Shown here one piece after another: positions 13,371 to 25,600 of a stretch of DNA of 64,000 nt (position 1 is the first letter of the stretch; the number at the start of each line of letters is the position of its first letter). This DNA is from Adineta vaga (Eukaryota > Animalia > Rotifera). A model generated the notes under the pieces. That model was given only the letters and a program-made list of their open reading frames with translations, searched no databases and was not told the DNA's origin. A program made the position numbers and the translations under genes. Location: assembly GCA_021613535.1 (NCBI GenBank), contig CP075492.1:13268001-13332000 (forward strand), written 5' to 3'.

Positions 13371-13566
13371 CTAGACATAAACACCCGTCGACACTTGCCA
13401 ACAATATATGGCATTTTTTTTTGTCTTTCTTATTTTTTTTCTTCGCGACTAGAAGAAAGATCATCATTTTCATCAGTATCACACATCTGGGTGCTTCTTA
13501 AGTATAGATTCATACATATCTATATAAATATACTGAATAAAAACCAACTGAGATATAGTAGATATT

Positions 13567-16500
13567 ATGGACGATCAACTTCTTATGTCAGACAATACCG
13601 ATGATGATCAAGCCCAAGGTGATGGATCATCTTCTTCGATTAGTTCGGACGACGAAAATACTCATCCATTAGCTAATTCATTAACATCTTTCTTATCAAC
13701 GGAAGATATCGATAAATGTCTTTATGTGACAAATATTAATTGGCGACGACGATTTTCAGTAAGTTTTAAACTTATACTAAAACTCTAATTACTTTTCGAC
13801 ATTGTGGGTGGAAACTAGAAAATGATTTGAAGTACTCGTTAATCATAATTCTTTCTTCGACATATATCCATTTATCTTTTGACTCATGCCTACTCGAGGG
13901 CTAAATATATGCGTCAATTGACAGAAAAATAGAAGGGGGCAAAACAACTTTGCTATCGATCTTTTTGCTTTCCTCTTTGTCCAGAAAAAGACTTGCTAGT
14001 TAATATGAAATCGATTGAATATTTTCTAGTACGAACCTGTTTTATTTAGTTTTTCTCTTTTTAATATGGTTAAAATATGTGACATTGAATCTGATTGATT
14101 TCGTGTTTTTACTCAAGGGATACATTTCGTAGATAGTCGATATGTCTATGTATTTTTTTGCTTTCCATAAGAATTTTCTTTGTCAATAACAACTATCATT
14201 GACGATGTCGACGACCCTGACGAAGAGAGCAAAACAAAAGAGCACACCGCTGCTACTGGCGATTGTATGTTTCCTCGCTTAGCTCATCATTTATAGACAT
14301 ACATACATACATAAGATGACGAACAGATATTAGTAGAACAAGGAAGAAAGAAGGAAAAGAGAAGAAAAGAAAACGAAGTGTTTCTTACTAAATGGCAGCG
14401 ACAGCAGAGTGATGTTAAACCCTCCCCCCCCCTCTTCTCCTCAATCGGTCGTTTTTGACAATGCTCTTGGCTAAGCTATCAGAACGAGCAGCTCGGCATA
14501 TGTATCGACATTTGGTAATCTTTGATGATACAGAACGAACGACAAGAAAACTCTTTCTTCTTCTTTCTTCTTCTTCTTCTTCTTCTTCTTCTCCTTTTCT
14601 CTCTTCTTGTTGATCACATACTGCTTGTACCGATGAGATTTCTCTTTTGTATATGTATGTGTTGATGTAACAACAGGCAGCGTAATTATTTCTATTTTCT
14701 CCTTTCTTTCCTTCTTTCTCTCTGCACCAATTTTCTTTGTACTAAGTAACATTGATCATAAACAAAAATTGTTCTGGATCAATCTGAACAAGTATTTTGT
14801 TATTTGAAAATAACAAATAACTTCTGTATTATTTGTTTTTCTTCTGATTGTTTATATATGTTTTGTTTCTTTTTCTTTGAAAGATTCGTTTATCGAATGG
14901 TCAATTAAATGATTTATCGTACGATCGACGTGAACGAGTCTATTCCGCAAGTTCAACTGATCAGATCAATTTAAATCGAACCAATCCATTATATCTTTCA
15001 CGTTATCGTAATTCTTGTTGGTTTCGTTGTCGAACTTTATCATCATCATCATCCTTTGATGAATATAATTCATCTAATTATAACGAAAAATTTTCATCCT
15101 TTAATTCCACACATAATGCTTATGCTCGTTTGAAACGTTTTACTGAACGATTACTTGAATTAGAACGTAAAGCACGTGAAAGTGTTTTTGAAAATAAATG
15201 TAATTATAAGATTTCAACAGAAACAAATTCATCATTTCAGAAAATTAATCAATCATCGAAAATCAGACGTCATCGTTTTCACAGTTATCCACAATTAACA
15301 AAAAGATCTTCCAATGTTATTAAATCATTACGAAAGATAAAAACTATGTCTGCTATCAATGTATCACCAACGGAATCATCATCATCATCATCTCATCCAT
15401 CTTCACTTGTATCATATCCAATAACAAATGAAAGTGTTCTTCAAGAAAAATCCAATCCGATTGCCAAAGAAAAGAATATATCTTTTCAAGTTAGCACTAC
15501 GAAAATTAATAGAAAAGTTGAAGTGAAAACTAAACAAGAAGATAAAATATGTACAAAAAATAATACTTCATCGCCGGCGATAGTAACCCGAATTGTTAAA
15601 ACAGAACCAGCAACTTCACCACATCGAGTTAGTGTCCAACAACAGCCACGATCTTCAGGTAATTGTGAATAAATTCTTGAAAATTTTCTCTAAAAAGGAA
15701 AATTTATTTATTTTTTTTGTAGTAACAAATAGTTCAATACAAAGTGTTCGAGTTAGCGTCAGTTCATCTCCTCAAGGAAATGAATTGAATCAAAGTGTTC
15801 AAAATCAATTCGTTTTTCCATCTACTTCCAAAACAACTTCAAATAATGAATTATCATCTACCAACGATGATTCCTATTCCAAAATGATCTCAAATTTTGT
15901 TACAGAAAATCTTGCTGAATCATCAAAATTAGATGTAGAAGAAACATTTGATCGTCGGCCATTACTTGATTTGATCAGTGAATTAAATCGTCGACATACA
16001 TTACATCAAGCTCCAATAATTCCTCCACTTGATCGAGCACAATCAATGGAAAGACGAGCAAATTCACCATTACCAAATGAGATTCTTCCACCAAAACCTC
16101 TCAGCCCTTTTCGACCAGTTATTGTTCATAAAAAATATCAGGTAAAATCAGACATTCAATTTCTTTCTATTGTTTGAGAAAAAAACAAATCAATTATCCC
16201 TAGGAACCAATTGGTCGATTTGAATTTGTGGATGGTAGTGGTGATACAACACCAACATTAAGTCGACAGAATAGTCATGGCAAATCTGTGACACGTAGTC
16301 ATACATTTAATACTTCAACAAATAATACGTTGAATTTAATGAAAATGCCTTCAAATGAATTGAAATCGACAGAAGAATCCACATGTCAATCAACGCCTGA
16401 ATTAAGTTGTTCGAATGAAAGAGAACGAGAAAGAAATGAGCCGACAATTCATATGGAAGAAACTTGTGGATTATCAACAAGTGGTACTATTCTAAGTAGT

Positions 16501-19500
16501 ACATCACTCACAGGGTTGACTCCTACGTCGAGTGGAACGATTGACGACAAGAACGAGGTATGCACATGTTCTTTTCTTTTTTTTCTCTCCCTTCTTCTCC
16601 TCTGATATTGCTTTATCATCACATACTCAGCAAAGAAGAAAATTATCAGATAGACGATAGAAATGCTTCCGCCTTCGCCTCTTTTTCTCTTCTTTCATCT
16701 TTTATCCATTGCTTCTGATTCTATCTAACGACAACATAACAAACACATCATATTTATATATATATATGGAATGTCAAATGTGATCTCCATCATGTCGGAT
16801 CAAAAGACATCACATTCACCACCTTTAATTCGAGCAATCACGCCTGTTCCTAATGATCGATCAACACAATCGAATTTTACCTTTTATGGAGTTCGACGTC
16901 ATCATTCCGCACCACAACAAGAATGTCGTTGGCAACAGGTTCTTTCTCTCTCTCTCTCTTCCTCCTTGATTTTCTAATCAATTATTTCATTCTTCAATTA
17001 TTAATTTTGTTTTGTCATTATTCTAGGCTAAACGAAAAGCAATTGCTATGCAAATGTATGATACGGAAAAATCTTATGTTGAAGCTTTGAAAAATCTTGT
17101 CACGGTAAATTCTATTTCTCTAGGATTTTTTGCTTTTTCTTTCTGATTGAATAGGAGATTTCATGTTGACTTTGTAAAATGAGAAATACTCTAATTTGTT
17201 GACATAGTTGATCATATCAAATCCCAATCATGTGTTTTTAGAAATATTATTTACCAATGAAAGATAAAGCCGTTATTTCAAATGATCTTGTCAATGATAT
17301 TTTTTATAAAATTCCTGAAATACATATTCACCATACTGTACGTTCTCTTTTGTTCTTTTGTTCTTTTTCTACAATCATTTGTTCCTTTTTTTTTCATAGG
17401 CATTCTTGATCTCACTGTCACAAAAATTATCTCAATGGGATAATAAACAAACTGTGGGTGATCTTCTTTTTCAGATGGTAAATATAAATGTTTTCTTTTT
17501 CTTCTATCTTATCTGATTAATTTTAGTTTACGCGAACATCCGTCATTGAAACATACACAAGTTTTGTTAATAATTATAAAACAGCTCAAATTGCTATTCG
17601 TCTCTGTCGTGATTCATCCTCATTTAATAAATTTCTTGAACAACAAGCACGAATTCATCGTGGAAGATTAACATTACGAGATCTTATCATACAACCGGTG
17701 CAACGTATTCCAAGATATGAATTATACATCAAAGATTTTCTTAAATGTACAAATTCAAATCATCCCGATTATCAATTATTGCTTAAAGCACAATCAGAAA
17801 TTCATTCATTAGCTGAACAAATTGATCAAGTTCAAAAAGATGTTGGTTCAACGGAATTAGCAGCAACAAATAATTCATTAGAAGTTGTTCAAGAAATGAT
17901 TGAAAATTTAACAGATGTACGTTGATGAAATTTTCTTTCATAATCATATAAATGGTTATATTTCTTCTTCATCGTCTTTAGTTAGTTCATGCCGATCGAT
18001 ATTATATTCGTCATGATGTTGTTACTATTCAATCACCATCAGGATTGAAAAAAGATCGATGTATCTTTTTATTTAATGATTTAATTATTATTACAAGTTG
18101 TAAACGAAGAAGTGGAACGTTAACAAAAAAACCATCATCTTCAGTTATTGTGTATGTGTCATATGATTTGAAGAGGAGAAAAACTTTTAGATTGTTCTTC
18201 GTCATTTAGAAATTCTCCATCAGGAAAACAATATATTGATAATGCAAAACATAAATTAATCATGAAGATTTCTCTTGAAAGTGTTGATTTAACTGCAGGT
18301 AAATGTCTAAAAATATTTGAGAAAGACGTAAAAAAACAACAACAATTAGACATTTTCAATTTTGTATTAAAGACTAATCGTTCTATTGAGTGGATAATAA
18401 TATAACTGCAATTGATATCCAATGTCGTTAGTTATCACAAAGTATCTAAATGATTAGATGTAAATTATCGTATCTCTAATTCGTTGAAAGATTTTTTGCA
18501 GACAAAAACAACGACTTTATCTGGTTTTTATCATTGAATATATTCGAAACTAGGTTTTTGCTTTTGTTTTCAATAGATCATGTGAAAAAACGAGGAACAC
18601 CACCGACGATAGTTAAATCCCATTCAAATGCAAGTGCTAGTGGAGATAAATATCGACATTTAGAAGATGACGTTGTTACTATTGGACAAATGGCTGATTT
18701 AGCTAAAATGATTACTGTTCCTCATCAAGTAAATAGCAGAATTTTGATTTCTTTATTGATCACAACTTCATTTCAAAACTTTGTAGCAATTGGATGAATC
18801 TTTAAAAGAAACTCTTCATACAATTAATAAACATATAACTGATGAGACAACTTCAATAACAAGTGTACGAACAACGACTCCTGAACCAATCACAACAGAT
18901 AATTCTCAACAAAAATCCAATAATATTCAATTAATAATTCATACAACGTATGAAAATCAAATTTTTATAATGATTAATAAGCACTTCGATGATCTTTTAG
19001 AGAACGCACGGAAACAATTGATGTTATATTTTCGTCAACAGAACATAGAGCAACATGGCAAAAGAGTTTTCTTGAAGCAAAGAAAGCTCTTTGTAAGTGT
19101 TTTATGTTTGGAATTGAAAAATCAATTATTATTGTTATTTTAGTTGAAGTTGCTGCTGGTCGACGAAATATCAGTTTTCAACATGTTCTTACACTTCCAC
19201 ACAGTCGCGCAGGAAGTCAAGTATGTGTTCTAAAGCAATAATTATTTACTTCATCTTCTTTTTTTCTTCTAAACATCAATTAATTGTTTAGTTTTCTTGT
19301 GGTGCTCCTCGTTTATCATTAGGTGATATTTGTATTTGTAATTCCGAAGGTCAAGTATGTTTAGTTAACGTTCATCCTAATGTAACAATAAAAGCCTGCA
19401 ATACAGTGATATCATCACGTATTAATTGTGTTGCTTATATTCCATCGCATAAAGGTCGACGAACAGGAAGCAGTATAAAACATCGTCATCATCAACACAA

Positions 19501-21023
19501 ACAAAAACATCCCGAAGAAATCGATGAAGAAGAAGGAGAACGACAAGAACATAAACATGAAGAACATTTGTTAAAGCAAGAAGCCAGTTCATTATTGAAG
19601 AATTCCGATGTACCAACAGCAGTCGAATCATTCTTTGATATTGATTCGAGTGATGAAGAAGATACACCAACGATAAATAATGAAGATATATTTACATTGG
19701 ATTCATCGACACCATCACAACAATGTATTCTTTTAGAAAGTGAACTTAATAATGAACAACAAGATACGAGAGAAGCAACGATGTGGTTAGGTACAGATGA
19801 TGGAATGTAAGTAATGATTGATTGTTTAGAATAAAAATATAGTAAAAAAAATATGATTTAGAATTCTCATCTTTCAATGTACAGAAACAATGAAAACAGT
19901 TGCAAGAAAAAGTCGGATTGTTAAACAACTCGGTTCTCCCATTCATTCCATCTTGTAAGTTTTTAAATTGATAGATATTGTTCGATTTTGATTTCTAAAT
20001 AAAAACAAATGATTATTTTTAGATATACCGATAATAAAGTATTTGTTGCATTAAGTCATGGAGAATTATGTGTTTTTCGTCGAGATTTAAGTAAATATAT
20101 TTCTATATGAATAGGAATCGAACGATAAATTCATTGGATTCTAGGTGGTCGTTGGGATTTAGATTGTCCGGTAATTCGATCGATTGAAGAAGATTCTCTT
20201 CGACATGGTAGTGGACAAAATGAAATCGATGATGGAGATAATGTTGATCCTATATCTGTCATGGCCTTAGCTGCTGGAAGATTATGGTGTGCTATTCGAG
20301 ATCGTATATTTGTTGTTTGTCCAAATTCCTTGACTGTTGAAGTAAAGCGAAGACATTTTTGATCATTCAGAAATCATAGGAAAACTTTCCTTTAGCATTC
20401 ATTTCTTGTGGATGATTGTCATCGTCATGTATGTAGTATTGCTCCAGGTGGTTCATCGATGCATCATGTTTGGATAGCATCTCAAGGTTCACATGAAATT
20501 CGTCTTTATCATGCAACACATTTTGTTTGTCTATTGGAAACAAGTATTCGAACGGTTGTAACACAAAAACTTCAAGGTAACTTTGTCGTTCTGTTTTCTG
20601 AGCAAAAAGAATATTGATCTTTTTTATTTTATTTTGTTTTCTTTATTAGTATGTGATGATATTATTCGAGCTCATAAATTAGGTTGTCTACGGGTCAGTG
20701 CTCTTCATATATGTAAAGAGACTCTTTGGGTTGGAACAAGTGCTGGTGTATTACTTAATATATCTGTTCCGCAATTACTCGATTCTAGTAATAATAAATT
20801 AACTGCAAGTTCACTTCAATTAAAAAGTTTATCATTTGGTCATGCTGGACCTGTAAGATTTATACTTTCAACTGATGCAACAATCGTTTCTTCAACCGAT
20901 GAAAGTACAAGTATGAAAACAGTTGTATTAAGTGTAGGAGATGGTTTTGAAGATTATGCAACTAATGATGAATCGTTAGGTAAAGATGATGCACTTCCTC
21001 ATGTGATAGTTTGGCAACTATGA
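13567..21023 (+). CDS. ARHGEF17: RhoGEF of ARHGEF17 (TEM4) type: disordered N-terminus, DH-PH, C-terminal beta-propeller
   Basis: DH motifs AMQMYDTEKSYVEAL and LRDLIIQPVQRIPRYELYIKDFLK; PH motif KKDRCIFLFNDLIII; C-terminal CDDIIRAHKLGCLRVSALHICKETLWVGTSAGV and GDGFED...GKDD...HVIVWQL. Confidence 0.85.
14555..14591. repeat. (TTC)n microsatellite in RhoGEF intron 1
   Basis: Imperfect TTC run. Confidence 0.8.
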
Positions 21024-21227
21024 AAGAGGACTCGTTTTTCTTTTCTTGTCTGTATATAAAGACAATATGCTGCTGGTCAGCAAAGATTTTTCTGCAAATT
21101 TCTTCTTCTTTTTTTTACAATTGTCTTTGCCTTTGTGTGTGCGTGTGTTTTGTTTGTTTGGAGTACAAAAAAAAAGAACAACCCTTGAAATGATTGCGAT
21201 GCTATTCGTTTCTTTTTTATTAAGAAA

Positions 21228-21584
21228 TTAACATTTACTTTTAAAAATCAAGATTGCAACTTTACCAATATCAAGAATAATACGTTTTTCATTTTCAGAA
21301 GTGATTGAAAGTGCATAATCATTGCCAAGTATACATTGCCACGTTGGTTGATGAAGTTGATCAAATTGAGTACGAATATAATGAGCGATTGATGAACGAG
21401 ATTTACTTGAATAACCATTGTATTTAATAAATGCTTGTTTGCTTATACGTACAGCATCTTGACTCATTGATTGAGTCATATTACTAATACGAATAACTGC
21501 ATTCGGTTGACGAGTATTATTTCCTTCGATTGACAGAAATATAAAGCACAGAAAGAATATTGCGAAGTAACAGCTCCGAATCAT
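21228..21584 (-). CDS. Dynein light chain LC8-like protein with N-terminal signal peptide, intronless
   Basis: AVIRISNMTQSMSQDAV...IAHYIRTQFDQLHQPTWQCILG...IGKVAILIFKS matches the LC8 pattern. It is preceded by the hydrophobic leader MIRSCYFAIFFLCFIFLSIEG. Confidence 0.8.
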   Translation of the reverse strand: MIRSCYFAIFFLCFIFLSIEGNNTRQPNAVIRISNMTQSMSQDAVRISKQAFIKYNGYSSKSRSSIAHYIRTQFDQLHQPTWQCILGNDYALSITSENEKRIILDIGKVAILIFKSKC

Positions 21585-22691
21585 TATTACGATAGAAATG
21601 ATTTTGTTTCAATCAAATAAATGCACTTTATCGTATTGTTATATGATATATGTTCTTATCAAAATCGAATATAAAGTAAAAAGAATGATTGATGTTTCTA
21701 CATCAATCGCATCATTGCCATTGCTTTAGCGAAAATAAACTCTAAAGAAAAAATGAATAAATCAACATGTGTTGATGTAATCTGATGGCACTAACTGTGA
21801 ACATAAACATGATAAACAAAGTTGTATAATCGTATTATTTTTAATACACACAGTTGGTCTATTCTTATCTTCTCTCTATCCGATAGATGTTTATTATAAC
21901 GTTATATACGTAATACAAAATCCTTATACGAGCTAGAAACAAATTCTTCTCCTCATTATACGTAAAAGACAATTGAATGGGAAAGAAAGTGAAATAAGTA
22001 TAGTCAGGCGTCCAAATTCTCTCTTTGCCCACTCAAAATAGACCAATATTTGTATTAAAAGAACTTCATGAACGTTCACTTTAATAAAAGAATTTTTTCT
22101 AATTTTGTCTTTAAATAGAATTATTAACTGATGTTCTTAAGTATTAAATTGTTTTGAAAAATAATTATCGACAACAAATGAACGATGTACAATCGAAAAA
22201 AGTGTTTTCTCTCTTGTGACAAGAAACCTGACTTCGCCATACAGTACTTCATATTTTTAATAGAAATTGTAATTTGAACAAGAGAATGGTTAAAAATTTA
22301 TTTCAATTATTTTGCATGTGAATAAAAAGGATCCAATTCATATCGAGAAATAAATCATAAAACGAATGAAAAAGTCAAATTGGAAAAGATTACATTCGCA
22401 ATCATTACGAATAGTAAAATAGCGATACTAATAGATTTATAAATATTATCTCGTAGATTAAAACAAGCTATTCGCCATTTGAGATATTTATTTAAATATG
22501 AATTATTTTCATGTAGCGGAAGAGTTAACTTCCTCCGATTTTAATAGTTTTTTTTAATGAGAAAATAGTTTTCTCACTTCTTTTCTAGAGTTTACTCATT
22601 CATTATTTTACTTAGAAGCCGAACTTTTATCAAGTTATCTTTTGCATTCGTGAGAAAACAAGAGTTAGTTTGGGATCTTTGAAAAAAAACA

Positions 22692-25600
22692 ATGCATTTT
22701 CCATCAAAACTTTGGTTATGGCAGTTTTTAATGGTTTTCAATTTTATAAAATTATTATCAGGTAAGATTTTTGAAAAATATAAATAAGAAAACGATTCAA
22801 GAAGTCATTTTTATAACATTGATTGATAATTTTATTTAGCCGCTGTTAATTTATCACCCTATGCAGTTTGGGCTCAAAATGCAAGTACCGTAGCAGGTAG
22901 ATCGTCTGGAAACTCTAGTTCATCAAATGGATATCTTGACGCTCCTAGCAGTGTACAAATCTCAACAGATAATATTTTGTACATAACTGATCAATTTAAT
23001 GATCGGCTAGTAGTAGTGAATCTGACTTCGTTAATAATTATACGAAATATTGGGTTAGGAACAGGTTCAACTGTCAATCACCTTGATGGACCTACGGGTT
23101 TATCTCTTATGGGAGCATCACTGTACATTGTAGATACGAAAAACAGTCGAGTACAAAAGTGGTCAATCAATGGAACAAATCCATCCACTGTTATAGGATC
23201 AATTGACTATTCCTTTGATATTTTTATTGATAAATACAAGAATTTATACATTTCTCTATTAAACAATAATACTGTTATTCGGTATTCGGGAAATTCCTCT
23301 ACTTTTAATATAGTTGCTGGAACGGGGGGATCACCTGGGACTCAGGCACATCACTTGAGTAGTCCTCGTGGTATGTTTGTTGACGATAATCTTACACTTT
23401 ACATTGCTGATTATAACAATCATCGAATTCAAATGTGGAAATATGGTGCACGAAATGGCACAACAGTCGCCGGTAATGGAATATCTGGATCTAGTTTATC
23501 AAGGCTTAGCACTCCGTCTGGAGTTTTTGTAGATTCTTCTGATGGATACCTCTATATTGTTGATACTGGAAACGATCGGATTGTACGTTGGGGACCAAAT
23601 GCAACTTCTGGTGTCTGCATAGCCGGTTGCACAAACACTTCAGGGACAAATTCTAATCAACTATACTTTCCAGTTGATCTCGCATTTGATAATGAAGGCT
23701 CACTATATGTGTGTGATAACGGAAATAATCGAATACAGAAATTTCAAATTCTTTATAACCCAAGTAAGTTATTTTATTCTTTGAAAAATGTAATCGTTTT
23801 TTTGTTGTCTGTTCATATAGTTGAAATAACCAGTACAAGTCAAACAACATTACAATCAACAGTTATAACTACTCAAATTCAATCGACAGGTATCTATTAG
23901 AAAAATATTCTGTAATATTTTATCCTCTTAATCTTTAGTTCAAACATCGACTGTGCCTGCAACAACAGAAATACTAACAACTACATTAGGTAGAGAACAT
24001 AAAATTTATGTATTCATCAATATTGATTCCATCTCCTTGTTCTATAGTATCGACTTTTATCTCTTCTACATCGTCGACAACACTAATACAATCAAATTTA
24101 ATGACAAGCACACTACTATATCCAACAACAACAGTAAAACCTGTTGTTACATCATCGACAAGCATAGATATAACTTCACAACAACCATCTACAAAAATGG
24201 ACGTCACCTCAAAAGGACCATCGACGCAGATGGATATCACTTCACAACCAACATCAACGATGGCGAATATCGCTTCACAGCAACCATCTACAAAAATGGA
24301 CGTCACCTCACAAGGACCACCAACGACGGTGGATGTCACTTCGAAGCAACCATCTACAAAAACGACTACTACTTCGCCAGAATCATCAACAATTGGGCGT
24401 GTTCAAACATCACAACGCACAAATCATCTTGCAACACAGAGTTTACTTAAAACTTCACGTATGAGTATAAATCTATTTTGTCATAACTATAGTGTCGATA
24501 GTCATTCTAGAATCAATTTCAACGGCACAATCAACTGTGATTACTACTGAATTGCCAACATCGTGGACTTCAAAGAAGGAGACATCAAGGATTACATCGC
24601 ACAGTAATTATAGAAGAGATATTTTTATCCAAGTTTGACTTTTCTTTTCTTTTAGTACCAAAAGTAACATCAACATCAACCATGACCACATTGAGTAAAT
24701 ATTAGACACATTTTTATATGTCTTGTCTACAATATCATATCTAGATTGTACACATCCCATTATTTCACTTTGGCCATACAATCCATCAATTGCAGTACCA
24801 CGATCAATTCTTCGAAGTCACGATTTCTCCATTAGTTCTACACTTCAATTGCATTGCAGAAAATCTCTAGCTGTAATTGAACAGTGGATAATTGACAAAT
24901 GTTTAGATTCTTCATGCACTCTCAAGAGACCAATCCAAATCTCGTCATTACAGTTGACACTTGCTGAATTATTCATTCCATCAAAAACATTAGATTATGG
25001 TACATATCAAATGACTTTAATCGCAAGAATGAACGCTCCAATAGAATTGATTTCAACAGCTGTAACATATATTGAAATAGTTTCCTCGCCGATTCAAGTT
25101 CAATTGATACAGTTTGGTCCATCGATGATCATTCTAGGGCAACAGCAACCATTGATTCTCAATCCAGGAAGATTTTCAATTGATCCTGACCAGTCTCATT
25201 TCAATTCGACAGTTAGTAGTAATTCACAAATAAACAATAAGCAAAACATTTATCTTTTACATTCTAGAATTGGAATTACACTTATTTCTATGGAATTTAT
25301 AATCAAGTTATATTACCCATTAATATGTCTTTCGGTAAGCGCCATTGCTTCTCGACTATATTCGGCGATCATCTTTATTTGTTTTTGAAAAAGGAAATGA
25401 AAGTGCATGGAACTATGGAACAAATTCATCTCGTTCATCTCTAATCGTATATCCTGGTTCTCTTTCATCCAATCAAACACATCATTTTCGAGTTCAACTA
25501 ACAAATATTTATAATTCTTCGATTATTTCCATTGGTCACCTTTTAGTTCAAGTTAAAGATAACATATCGATGACTATCATCATCAAGTACGTATTTTCCA

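Noticed and set aside
13124-13604. ORFs with poly-Ser, poly-His or poly-Asp
   Set aside because: Translations of the (GAT)9 microsatellite.
14471-14752. Lys/Glu-rich minus-strand ORF
   Set aside because: Produced by the (TTC)n tract in a RhoGEF intron.
24158-24362. CRISPR-like periodicity
   Set aside because: No unique spacers; it is a coding minisatellite in a eukaryotic gene.
23953-24450. Overlapping ORFs in alternative frames and on the opposite strand
   Set aside because: By-product of the 33-bp repeat; only the Thr-rich frame is consistent with the splice phases.
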